64,000 bases of DNA from Octopus vulgaris (GCA_951406725.2 OX597833.1:68014001-68078000), one strand, 5' to 3'. Shown: positions 41,229 to 54,285, numbered from the stretch's first letter. Notes: generated from the letters alone by a model not told the origin. A program made the numbers and translations.

Positions 41229-41531
41229 GAAGGCGTGGGGCATATTGGATAGCGTGTTTCGCTCACGGTCAAGTGGTCGTGAGTTCGATTTCAGGCGGCT
41301 CACTTTGTCTTTGAACAAGTCTCTTTATTTCACGTTACTCCAATCCACTCAGGTGGCAAAAATGAGTAGTACCTGTATTTCAAAGGGCCAGCCTTGTCAC
41401 ACTTTGGGTCACGCTGAATCTCCCCGAGAACTACGTTGAAGGCACGCGTGTCTGTCAGGTGCTCAGCCATTTGTACGTTAATTTCACGAACAGATTCTTT
41501 CGTTCATCGAATCAACTGGAACACAGGTCGT
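41229..41531 (+). mobile_element. Family C SINE subtype 2
   Basis: gaaggcgtgg...gtgagttcgatttc...acctgtatttcaaagggccagccttgtcacac...atcaactggaac. Confidence 0.85.
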
Positions 41532-42324
41532 CACTTATATCTAAATGCATTTGCCAAACTTTGTTGTAGCTTATTAAAACCCATGAATTACATTACATCT
41601 CTTTGTCCTACTTTTGTAACACGAATCTACCATAAGAAACTATTAAATTTCCGAAACGATAAACCCAAATACAATCATGTCAGTATAGTTGCATCAATAT
41701 TTTCGGCTTAAGTAAATATAAAGTACAAATTCCTCATTTGTATAAACCACATTACTATTTCCCAGTAACAAATTGATGTTTATTAAATAACACATTTCTC
41801 TATCCAATAAATGAAAATAATAATAATAATAGTTCTTATTTGTGATGTTAAAATTATATTATTCTATTTGTTTTCTTTTAGGTAAGTACACAAATTGGTT
41901 TCCTTTGCGAAGATTCCACTCGGGAAAAGCTTCTCGAATATTCCGTTTACTAAACTGCATAATTGCCAGATAAAGGTCTGTATATTTGTACTTGTCTTAA
42001 CTAACACTCACCGTCGTCCTTCTCGTTGCTATCCTCAGCATCACGAACCTTGTCCCTTGGGTATTTGTGTCTCGGGGCTCAGGACTCGTAATGACGATCA
42101 CCCAGCTTTCCACGACGTGTAACTAAGATCACAACATTTCCACTAAACATGGTGTCATACAATCGTAGGTTTCTTCGTTAACCACTTACTGGACAGGAAC
42201 TGCGTGAAACAAAGAGTTTTACTCGGGAACTGGACCAATAGGTCATGGAATCGAACCCACCACATTGCAATCACCAATGCAATATCATAACCTATTCTCT
42301 AGCTTCTTCACTAGAAAGTAACAC

Positions 42325-42570
42325 TCTTGCCGGATCGCTAAGTTACAGGGAAGTAAACCCGCCAATCCTAGTTGTCAAGCAGTGGTAGGGGGCAAAAACA
42401 CAGACGCATACACACACACACATACGCAAAAACACATACCAAATTCACTCACAAGGCTTTAGTCGGTCCGAGGCTTATAGTAGAGGACATTTGCCCAAGC
42501 TCCCACGCCGTGGGACTGAATCTGGTACCATGTGGTTGGGACCCAAGCTTCTCATGACACAGCTACGACT
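42325..42570 (-). mobile_element. Degenerate family A SINE
   Basis: ctaagttacaggg...aaattcactcacaaggcttt...gggactgaatctggtaccatgtgg. Confidence 0.75.
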
Positions 42571-43419
42571 GCAACCCTCCTCCCCCACATACTGTTATAT
42601 TCAGCCTGCATTTTTTGGTAATATTCTCTTCAGATAAATACATTCATCGCTGGGCATTACCAAATTGCTCTCGTAATCAATTCGACATTACGCGTGAAGC
42701 GTCAAAATGTCAATTTGTGTTTCCATGTATACATCAAAACCTCTACATGTCTAATCTGATACTTGCTTGGACACAGATATACTTATCTACGTATACATGC
42801 ACATGTCCGTACACATACATCCACTTATGTATATAATCGGTCTCACCCATGCCCCATCCCGGCACCTATTTCGGAACTGGACCCATTCTGCCAATTATTT
42901 ACTTTGTGGTTTTTATTGTGTGCATGCAAAAAAAAAAAAAATAAATAAATAAATAAAACATTGATATTCTTTCTACGATCATTGTACTAAATCCAAACAA
43001 ACGTATACCATTAGATTCTAACTTGTTCTGCTTCGGTAATAAAGTTTGATTTGCGTTATATGAAATCTATTGTGTTAACTCTAGCTTATTACCTGTCATA
43101 ATGATGTGTATCATTGGATGTATAGCTTTACTTTCATGGATAATATCATGGGTAAATATGGCATGCATACGATAGTTATAATATGCTTTTTATAAAATCT
43201 CGTGCTCGTTATGTAAAATCATACAATAAATTACGGATATGTACTTGCATAGCCAGGAATTTTGTCATTGGACAGGTCATGGTCTCAAAGCGACGAAAAT
43301 AATTTGACAAATTTAAATGTCGACGTAAATCGAACGGTTTTTGTGGGTTTTTAAATGGCTTATAAACACTTTTCCCGCTGCAATTGTTGTTACAATAGAT
43401 ATTGATTTTAAAAACGTAA

Positions 43420-43573
43420 TACGGTTTTCGGTTTTCGAGCAACTCTGATTACGAATAAATCGCACTTTATCTCCTGTCTTTCTCATATTCATTTAATACA
43501 TTTCTGCCTCGCTTTACGGATGCCTCCGATCACGAATAAACCGTGCTTTATATACATCTGTTATCTGTGTGAA

Positions 43574-43626
<53 letters not shown>

Positions 43627-43673
43627 CACGATTTATTCGTGATCATATTTGTTCGAAAACCAAGGTACTACTG
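43420..43673. mobile_element. pogo/Tigger-like DNA transposon end with subterminal repeats
   Basis: Right end on the minus strand reads TA-CAGTAGTACCTTGGTTTTCGAAC; motif gat(c/t)acgaataaa occurs three times, one inverted; no matching left terminus found. Confidence 0.45.
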
Positions 43674-43724
43674 TATAGTTTTATTGCATTAAAAATAATT
43701 TCAAGTTTAGAATCATGAAATAGG

Positions 43725-43995
43725 AATAGCTCAGGTCTATATTAGAGAGGTGAGGACTTTTACATTTGACCGACATTTGTCCTCTTCTTGTTTGTTAACA
43801 CGACGTTTTGGCTGATATACTCTCCAGCCTTCATTAGGTGTCATGGGGAAATTTCGAACCTGGGTTCTCATTCATAAGGTATTTTGCCATGTTGTTATTA
43901 TCATTATTATTCAGGTACCCGCTCGGAATCGAACTCGGAATCCTGGGGTTAGCAACCTGCGCTCTTAACCACTACGTTATATGACCGTGGGCATA
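43725..43995 (-). mobile_element. tRNA-headed SINE-like element with a hammerhead-bearing tail
   Basis: Minus-strand head taacgtagtggttaagagcgcaggttgctaaccccaggattccgagttcgattcc (A and B boxes), an AAT-rich linker, then acac-CTAATGA-a-GGCTG...CAGCC-AAAA-CG-TC-gtgt at 43798-43841. Confidence 0.65.
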
Positions 43996-44916
43996 CGAAT
44001 AGAGAAAGAGCTCTATAATAAAAATTCTAAGATATAACATATTTAAAATTTCCCTGATTTTGAAAAACCAGAAAGCGGGGTTTGAACTTATGAGATTATG
44101 AACACTTCTTAATTACTGTCAATTTCTCTTTCTCTGTCTTTCTATGATTCTTTATCTTTCACTGACTGAGTATATCGCATTTACTCATTGCCTACGACCA
44201 AGCATCTTATACGCACTCATCCAACACAAGTTATCTCTCACTCCCCTGTCTCTATAAAGTGTAAAATCAGTCCCATTTGTACTTTAACCCGGCCCCAAAT
44301 ACCTCGTCGATGCTCCGTAAATATCTCAACACATTTGGGAAATAATGAGTTGATAAATTTTACAATATCTCCGTTAAAAAGCATGTCAGTAAACTTTGAT
44401 CGCATTGGTACTAAATAAATAAATAAATAAATAAATAAATAGATAAATAAATATGTAAATATATAAATATGTAAAGAGCGCAAAGCAAATATTAAGAACA
44501 AATACTAAAAGAAAAGAATGGCAATACATACGCAACAGGTGACCATAATGTCACATTATTTCTGCATCTATTCCTTTCATATTGAAATGCGCCATATTTT
44601 ATCTGTGTAGACGGCGAGGTTAATGTAAATTAGGTTTTCAACCGACGGCCATTATGTTGATGAAATACATGTATTGAAATAAAACTTGATATATATATAT
44701 AAAGTAACTGTAATCACAATATTTATAAGAATCAACTCATCGAACGTACAGACGTGCGCGCGCACACACACACACACACACAAACAAAAGCACACACATA
44801 TATATATACACACAAACGTCTGAGTGAATATTTATATAAGTAGTTTAATAGGAGTGTGTGTATGTGAGTGGAGTATACATGAACATATGCACTCTTGCAT
44901 AAAGCAACATTTGTAT

Positions 44917-44957
<41 letters not shown>

Positions 44958-46330
44958 CATATATATATACAAAGAAAAAACATTTGTGTGTGCACGCGTG
45001 TGTACATATACACACATATATTTACATACATTATGCTTATACAAGCGCATACTCACGTATGCACACGCATACTTACACACACACACACATATATATATGT
45101 TTATAAACATGTGCTTCTATACACATACACACGTGTGCGTCTGTGTGTGTGTGTGTGTGTGTGTGTGTCACAGAGAGAGAGGGAGATAGTAGATCAGTGT
45201 AGGTGTGAACATGTATTCGCATAATGTCATTTTGATTCAATTCACATTGATATTTTTGTTATTTTTAAAATGTTCCACCGTTGCAGACATCTTGTCGCTC
45301 AAAATTTATCTAATGTAATGGGTAGTGTTTCCATTTGTGTGTTCATTCATAATTATTTATCCTGCTGTGCATGCAATTTCTATATGGTGTGGCCTACATT
45401 CGTAGCCAGTCTCAAACAATATGAACGTATCTTAACAATTTTTACTTCACCTAATTAACTGTATTTAACTTTCGATATGCCATCTTCCCTGCTTCATTCA
45501 TTAAACATCTATACATCGCAAACATACAAAAACACATCAAACCACACACACACACAGCAGCTTATATATTTATGATATAATATATAAAGACGCTATACAG
45601 GTGTGTGCTCATATCTATGTGTGCGTGTATTTCTTTCAATAATTATAATAAAGATAGATTCTTCTATAAAATACCGCAAGTCAGAAAAAAAAAATTGTCA
45701 CTTCTATGCTTGTAAATAGAGTAGTTTGATAATTAAGTTACGCAGTATTATGTTTTGATTAATACACACACACACACACACACACAGAGAAATATATCAC
45801 TGCATATCTGTTTATGCGAGACTGTCTTATGTGTATGCATCTGTACGTTAGTGCGTATGCACGCATTCATATAGTTGCATGCGTGTGTGCGTAGAATTGT
45901 TTCGGCTTACACATACATACAGAAATATATATATATACGCTACTTATCAGTACCCATTAACATCAAGTTAATTCTATTACCTCTGTACAACGCCAAATGG
46001 TTTTTTGGACTATCCAGACACTCTTCCTCTTCTACGTACGCCAATATAGAAAGAATACTCAACACTGAAATGGTTAAGAAATATTATTTAAAAAGCCTAC
46101 GAATGGTTTCCTGTGAAGAGGAAATTCTCATAAATCGTCAGAGCAATTCTTCTTCGAGTAAAACCATCGGTTGATTTGTTAAGCCACAAGTACAAAGACA
46201 CACACACACACACACATACACACGCCTATATCTTTTATGGTCACTTGACTGCGGCCGTGCTGGGGCACGACCTTGAAGGGTTTTAGTCGAACAAATTGAT
46301 TTAAAGCCGGGTAACTTATTCTATCTATCT

Positions 46331-46735
46331 CTTTTTACTCTTTTACTTGTTTCAGTCATTTGACTGCGGCCATGCTGGAGGACCGCCTTTAGTCGAGCAA
46401 ATCGACCCAGGGACTTATTCTTTGTAAGCCCAGTACTTATTCTATCGGTCTCTTTTGCCGAACCGCTAAGTTACAGGGACGTAAACACACCAGCATCGGT
46501 TGTCAAGCAATGCTAGGGGGAAAAACACAGACACACAAACACACACACACATACAAATATATATACATATATATATATATACGACGGGCTTCTTTCAGTT
46601 TCCGTCTACCAAATCCACTCACAAGGCATTGGTCGGCCCGAGGCTATAGCAGAAGACACTTGCCCCAGATGCCACGCAGTGGGACTGAACCCGGAACCAT
46701 GTGGTTGGTTAGCAAGCTACTTACAACACAGCTAC
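46331..46735 (-). mobile_element. Family A SINE, near full length
   Basis: High identity to 55112 and 62553 in reverse complement. Confidence 0.95.
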
Positions 46736-47651
46736 TCTCTGTTGCCAAATCACTAAAGTTACTAAGACGTAAACGCACCAAGAACGGTTATCGAATGATG
46801 GTGGTGGGGCAAACAGATACAAAGACATAAATATATATCTATACAACGGGTTTTGCCTGTTTAATTCATTCGTGTATGGGCCACCATTTTTAAGCGAGAA
46901 TGCTTCTGCAATATTGTAATTTCTTCTGTGTAAATTGACTCCTCTATTTCATACACCATTTCCCATTTTCTTTTTATCAATGTTTGCAAAACGGTGGGAC
47001 GAAGAAGCACATGCTGTTTCAGTGATAGTAGCCGGCTCATCAGAAATCTTCAAATTTTCCAAGTATACAGAGAGGTACATCGAACGTTTGAGAGAATACG
47101 ATAGCTGGCGCCCTATCCAACCTATTTTCCTGGAATTACATTAATGAAGACAAATAATTAAACGAAAATTATGAGTTCCTTAAGTTAATCTTCTTAAAAC
47201 TTAATCCGATTGTATGATTGTATTTGAAGGCAATTCATCTTGAACAAGGACGGTCTAATGTAAAATATATCGCTTGCTGATCAATGCAGCTGTATTGGGT
47301 CGCTGAGTAACTTTGGTCAGACCTTCAGGTGAAAAGAGTGGGAATGGCTAACGTGGAATGGCTCAAAATTTGAAGCAATTAAGTACAGGCATAGGAAAGG
47401 GCCCTGCACTGCAAGGAACGGTTTACATAGACACAGCTGGGTACATTGCACATTTTAATGATTTGGGGGAGATACAGTAACGGCCAATTTCTCTCGAGAC
47501 GGTCATTGCAGCCTATTATCTTCTCATGTCAGAATTCACAAGAACAAGTTAAAGATAATTCAGATAACTATATTTCATTCAGCGCTGCTTAAAGTGCATT
47601 ATATTCAAACACATACTTAAACACACACACACGCACGCACACACACACACA

Positions 47652-47707
<56 letters not shown>

Positions 47708-47756
47708 TATGTGTATGTATGTATATATATATATATATATATAAAACTGTGTATGT

Positions 47757-47975
47757 ACAACTTAAAAACGAGGGCAAAAGAAAATTATTCCCATGCCAAT
47801 ATGCTGATAACAGTTTTTTAAATCGTCAATTCCCACATAATATTATATACCCACTACAGAAATACGTTGTTTCTGTAGTGGGTATATAATATTATGTGGA
47901 AATTGAATATTTAAATGTCTGTTATCAGCATATTGGCAGGGAAATAATTTTCTTTTGCCCTTGTTTTTAAGTTGT
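47757..47975. repeat. Long fold-back (arms about 106 bp, 7-nt loop)
   Basis: acaacttaaaaacgagggcaaaagaaaattatt...cccactacagaaa, loop tacgttg, tttctgtagtggg...cccttgtttttaagttgt. Confidence 0.95.
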
Positions 47976-48078
47976 TTATAATTTTAACCATTAAAGGTAT
48001 TTTAATATGCCGCCACTTGTTTGATAACATTTTTTCTGTAAAAAACACTTCATCCTATATTAGTAGTAAATGTGTATG

Positions 48079-48112
<34 letters not shown>

Positions 48113-48356
48113 AATGTGGATGTATGTATATATATATATATATAAATGTGGATGTATTTATATATATATATATATAAATGTGTATGTATATATATATATA
48201 AATGTGTATGTATATATATATATATATATATAAATAAATGTGTATGTATGTATGTATGTGTATATATATATGTATGTATGTGTATATATATGTATGTATG
48301 TGTATATATATGTATGTATGTGTATATATATGTATGTATGTGTATATATGTATATA

Positions 48357-48394
<38 letters not shown>

Positions 48395-48423
48395 CGCACG
48401 TGTGAACCATGCCGGATTTTCAG

Positions 48424-48480
48424 AGCACTACATAGACACCGGAAACAGGTGGCAACATTTCCAAGCCATCAAGTTCAGAG
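48424..48480 (+). CDS. Candidate 57-nt internal exon of an unidentified host gene
   Basis: ttttcAG acceptor and strong AG|GTGAGT donor; a complex island among microsatellites; two open frames ([18 protein letters not shown] or [18 protein letters not shown]). Confidence 0.45.
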
Positions 48481-48783
48481 GTGAGTGTGTGTGTGCTTGT
48501 GTATAGATATATGCATGCATGTACGTATACACACATTACACACATATACGCACAACACACTTTAAGCTATCAGAACTTTTATGCTTCCAATGTCTAAAAG
48601 TGATGAAATTTATGTATTTGGTGTTTCTTTACACTTTTTCTTTGAAATTTTTCAAGTAAATTTTTATTTCATTTAATATTTTTACAAACACAAACGCACA
48701 CACTTATATATATATATATAGATACGTATATATATATACACATCACCATCGTTTTTGCCTTTTCTGATGTTTTCTATCCTCAG

Positions 48784-48868
48784 GGATACTGTGTACATGT
48801 TCACAGATGTGTCTCAATACTTTTTCATAGAAAGAAAATTTGACGAAAATGGAAGCTTTGAAGCATAA
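48784..48868 (+). CDS. Candidate terminal coding exon
   Basis: Polypyrimidine tract ttttgccttttctgatgttttctatcctcAG; phase-2 join gives R-DTVYMFTDVSQYFFIERKFDENGSFEA*; AATAAA near 48934 and 48972. Confidence 0.45.
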
Positions 48869-49248
48869 TTGGTTTTAGAAAATAGCTATCTTTCAGCTTG
48901 GAAAAGCACAACAGGAAAAAAAAAAAAACATAAAATAAAATGTGTAAAATTTTATATAAAAATAATGCATAAATAAATATACAAAAATTTTCCTTCAATA
49001 CTTTTTAGTTTTTGTAAAGTGTATAAGTGTATATGGTTCTTCGAGAGTAAGTATGTACAACATATAATGTATATTTTACCTGACATGCGTATATGTGAGA
49101 ATATCTAGTCTATACATGCATATATATTCATCTATATGTGTACCTGTATATGAGTATATATATATGTGTGTGTATGTGTAACTACATGTATGTATGTGTA
49201 TGTATATATGTAGATTTATATATAGATATATGTATGCGTATATGTACG

Positions 49249-49292
<44 letters not shown>

Positions 49293-49300
49293 GGTATAGA

Positions 49301-49346
<46 letters not shown>

Positions 49347-49392
49347 TATAGGTATAGATATATGTGTATATATATATATATATAGATATAGA

Positions 49393-49434
<42 letters not shown>

Positions 49435-50232
49435 TGCATCCGCGTGTCAGCTAAGAATTGCTTAAACTGTATGTGCGCGGATGTTAGTCGCATACCTGTA
49501 TGATTTTAACCCTTCCCCTCTCCGTCCACCCCCCCCCCACATATATACATATATGCCGGTGTACATTCTACCGTTGCGTTTGTTTATAGACATACATAGA
49601 GGGGGGAATGCATACTCTCAGTCTCCCCCTCTGCAATCATGTGTGTGTGTGTGTGTATGCGGATGTGTTTTATGTATGTCCAATTGTCCGCTAGTGTTTC
49701 TGCGTGCAGTGCCGTGACAATACCTTGCCTCGACTAAAATGCCGATGTACTAACTGACTGTGTTGTCTTTCACAAATTTTATCATAATTCTCTTGTTCGT
49801 TTTCATAAAAATTTTTTCGTCTCTTGTTTCCCATGCTTTGGAATCTCTTCTCTACGTAACAAACGACACCGTATTTCAAAGAGGCTTACAGAAGTTTGTC
49901 TGCGTTTCGATGGATACCTAAACCAATAATTTCCGCCTCTACTCATTCTTTTTCTTTTTTTCCTTCTTCTTCATTGTCGTTCGGTTCTCCTCAGCCAAGC
50001 GCAAACTTTTCAATGAAAACGTATTTACATGAAATATGAGCTTTTTGTATATTCGTTTCTTTATTTGCTTGTACGTATGTGTGAGTAATACATATACACG
50101 CACACGTATATGGAGAGATAGATACTTATACTCACCTGTGTATATGCATATAAATATGCGATTAAATATATTCACATTTATAAATATATATATATAAATT
50201 TATAAAGTATGTATGTCTATATAATTAAATAA

Positions 50233-50267
<35 letters not shown>

Positions 50268-51613
50268 TAATGTCTCGGTATATATAGATTTATAAAGTAT
50301 GTATGCGTTTATATATATATATAAACGCAAAAACAAATTTTCACAGATGCTTATATACCTACACACAAACATTAACATATGTTGATTTTAAAAGAATTTA
50401 TACCCCCCCCCATATATATATATATATATATATGTATATCTGCAAGAATTTATGTATTTTTATACGATATGCACACACATATTTTTCGTACGTACACAGA
50501 AACAGACACACACATACACACACAAACACATGCAGTCGTAGGTTGTAAGAAAATTAACGTACTAAGCGACTGTTGCGTGAGAGAAAGGATATCTTCACAT
50601 CTGTGGTCGATGAACCAGTCTTTGGTTGCAGTGTTTCTTTTAGTATAACACATTTTACCGCTTTAGAATAGAATTACATTTTATGTTCGCCTTTCACGAG
50701 GGAGGAAATATACTCCACGTTGTGCATTAGAAGGCTTCTCAGGCAGTTGGAGAGTGGAGCATAGAATGTATCTTATAAGAGAAAAACCTGCTTCTCAACC
50801 ATATGGTTCCAGGTGCAATCTCTTTGTTTGGAATCTTCTGCATGTATCTTCTGCTATATGCTTAAGTTAACCAAAGCCTTGTCAGTGGCTTTCGGAGCAG
50901 AATCTCAGAGAAAGCCGTCATACATATCGTACCTCCAACCCCGCACGCCATGTATGTAGGTATATATAACAAACAAACACACACACACATACATACATAC
51001 ATATATATATATAAGACCCGACAGCATTAACGTTCTTAGGATGTAACTGAACAAAAGGTCAACTTCCCAGCGCGACGGGAAGGGATGAAGCCATGATGGA
51101 TTCGCCCGTTTTGCTTGAAAGAGAAACCGTTATACTGAAGATACAATCACATACAATCCAACAGGAATACATTTTAAAAGATATTGTAGTAATATCCGGG
51201 TACGCCAACGAGTTTTATTATTAAAATTATTTGTAATCTAGAGATAACGGGTGGGATGTTGGAAGCTGGACCCAGCATTTGATCGGGACTTTATTTTATC
51301 GCTAAAAATGAAGCAAAATGAAATGCAAACTTGACCTCGCTATTCTTTACAGAAGTGTTTCTTGGCTACGTCTACCATGGCAGCATGCGTTCCTCAAGTT
51401 TCCTTTTGGTGCTTCCTGATGTTCTCCCCTCTAAATATAAATGTTCCTCTGTCTTGTGTTTTAATTTTTTTTATTTCGTGCGGGCTCCCTAAAAAGATCC
51501 AGATTTTGGATCTGATTGGATATTAAAAAGGCTGAGAACTATTGATTTAAAGTCGGAACTAAAAGAGCCGAACAAATGTAACATGTCTTATATATGTGAC
51601 AAGTTTTAGTATA

Positions 51614-51831
51614 TATTTCTTTACTACCCATAAGAGGCTAAACACAGAGGGGACAAACGGATTAAGTCGATTACATCGACCCCAGTGCATAACTGATACT
51701 TAATTTATCGAGCCCGAAAGGATGAATGGCAAAGTCGACTACGGCAGAATTTGTACTGAGAACGTAACGGCAGACGAAATATGGCTACGCATTTCGCCCG
51801 TCGTGCTAACGGTTCTGCCAGCTCGCCGCCT
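51614..51831 (-). mobile_element. Family B SINE monomer
   Basis: Target-site duplication tatatgtgacaagttttagtata (51591-51613) and tatatgtgataagtcttagtata (51832-51854). Confidence 0.93.
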
Positions 51832-52787
51832 TATATGTGATAAGTCTTAGTATAAAGGACGCGCTGGATATTACGATGCTGATTTTTCTAACGAAATGGT
51901 CACTACTGGAATGGCATTGATTAAAGATAAGCCTGTTCGATCGCAGCAGCATCAACAATAACTATAGATTGCATATAAGTATATAACACGATACACGTCC
52001 TGTTGAAATACTTATCGTCTGACTGCATAAAGTTTATTATAATTGGGCGACTATTAATCTTGGAATAATGATTCAAGTTCTCCTATGAATCACAGAGTAT
52101 CATTATTGGTTTCAATGACATCGATTTTGTCTGCTCCAATAGCAAATACCGATTTTCAGCATTATATCATTCTAAAGTTCTTACATGTAGCATTCGGAAA
52201 ACTTTGCCGAACTTTGTGAAATTAAAGTCACTGTAAGTGTTTAACTCATTTAACGAAATTACATTAGTTTAATTAGCTAATTTACAAGATACCCATAGAT
52301 AAGGTCATGATTAATCAACAAAATTACTATTCGAACCTGTCTCTTATTTTTCATTTTCTCTTTCACTATATCATTCTTTCACTGTGTTTCATTCTCCATC
52401 TTTCTTACCAACCGCATTATTTTTTTTTCTTCAGAAATGTCTTTGCAATCGATTTATACATTTACATATGTATGCATTGTTGAGTGACTGATAAACTTGT
52501 TTTCCGATCACTTGGCTTCAGGTTCATTCCCGGTTCACAGTATCTTGTATCCTCGTCTCAAGTCCCGCCATGTATTCTGATTTGGTTGGTGGACAGTAAA
52601 AGGAAACTCGTCGGGTTAATAGTAGACGTTTTCAAAAGATCAGTCCGTGTTATATATTGCTAACTGAAAATAGCTTTGGAAAAATATTAAGGGAACGCAT
52701 CCAATCCTTATATTTGTGTTATACGTAACCTTTAACTAGTAAGTATTTAACTAGTAAGTATTTAGACTAGCATTTGACTGGTAAGTA

Positions 52788-53375
52788 TTGGGTTGTCCGG
52801 AAAGTTCGTGCCGATATATAGTAGCTTACATTTCGACTTATTTAAGAACATAGTCGAGGCCATAAAATAGGATTTGACTACACCTACATTTAGAGCACAG
52901 TTTAAGCTATCTTTTTGTGGAAGAAGGTTTATGTTCCTATAACCTGTGTTAATTCAGTAAGCCTTTAAAATGAAAGATAAGAGAGTTCATTTTCGGCATT
53001 TGATGCTTTGAGAACCAATAAAAATTGCTGCAGCTTGGCAGGGATATTCACCAGATATTGCTTCTTCGGATTTCTCTCTCTCTCTCTATCTCCCTCCCCC
53101 CTCATAGAAAATCACATCCTTATAGATCTCTGCAGAATAGTCTTAATGTTAAAAATTTCAATTCCTCGGGTGACGTAAAAAGATACCTTGACGAATTATT
53201 TGCCATGAAACCACCTCAATTCTGGGAAGAGGGTATTTTCAAGTTGAAGGAAAGATGGAGACGCATTGTACAACAAAATGATTCGTATTTGGATGATTAA
53301 AAAATGTAATAGCAAGTATTTATTGACCTTTTTTCTTTTCTTTAAAAATCGGCACGAACTTTCCGGACAACCCAA
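52788..53375 (+). mobile_element. Non-autonomous mariner (588 bp) with perfect 28-bp TIRs and TA duplication
   Basis: TTGGGTTGTCCGGAAAGTTCGTGCCGAT at both ends, inverted and TA-flanked; remnants MKDKRVHFRHLML and RSLQNSLN...FWEEGIFKLKERWRRIVQQNDSYLDD*. Confidence 0.95.
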
Positions 53376-54070
53376 TAATTCAGTTGCGTACTGGACAAGA
53401 TATGAAACTGAGTCAGATGGCGAAACCTCAGCTCGAGGTTTCAAGTGTTTCAGAGAGCATGGGGTTACCACTATCCCTGGCCACTCGATCTCTGGATGGT
53501 AGTTGGTGTCAAAGATTCCAGTGATGGATTAAACAGATTTCTTATGGCAGGGTCACAGAGATACGAGTGTGTAGGTCTGTATTGAAATCACGTTAATTAG
53601 CCACCCTGCTTAAGAGTTAAACAAGGATTAAACTTAAAAAGGAATTAGAGACAGCAGGAAACTGGAAGATCTGAGCAGTAAATAAATCATTCAAAGTCAA
53701 CAAGAAATTATAAATCTTCAGATATTGGCATGGAAACTTAAGGTGGCTGAATTGAAGCTAAGATTAATCCTGATTTATTTATAAGTCTTTTGAGTAATTC
53801 ATCACAGAAAAACACGCTACAACGTTTTTCCTTGCAAGAAATCAAGTGATTTTAATGAACAAACGTAGAAGCATGTCTGCGGTATCATAAAAGTTTAGAA
53901 ATAACAGCTACATTTAAAAAAAGAAGATTGTGATAATAATGGGGTTAAATTTGTTCATTGTTAAATCTACCTCTTCCGGAAGTGTTTTCCTGGGAGGAAA
54001 TTACAAAATGAAGACGACTGTGATGCTAAACCGAGAGAATATTTCTTTATATGTAATATATGCTTGACTC

Positions 54071-54285
54071 TGAGGTGGCAAGCTGGCAGAAACTTTAGCA
54101 CGCCGGGCGAAATGCGTAGCCGTATTTCGTCTGCTGCTACGTTCTGAGTTCAAATTCCACCGAGGTCGACTTTGCCTTTCATCCTTTCGGGGCCAATAAA
54201 TTAAGTACCAGTTGCGTACTGCGGTCGATATAATCGACTGTCCCGATCCCCTAAAATTTGCAACCTTGTCCCTAGAGTAGAAAAC
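54071..54285 (+). mobile_element. Family B-related SINE with an alternative 3' tail
   Basis: Same head and body; tail cccctaaaatttgcaaccttgtccctagagtagaaaac; perfect 16-bp duplication aatatatgcttgactc. Confidence 0.92.

Noticed and set aside
45875-46174. 99-aa ORF, and similar short ORFs at 15738, 46935 and 63018
   Set aside because: No recognisable motifs or supporting splice signals; consistent with chance ORFs.
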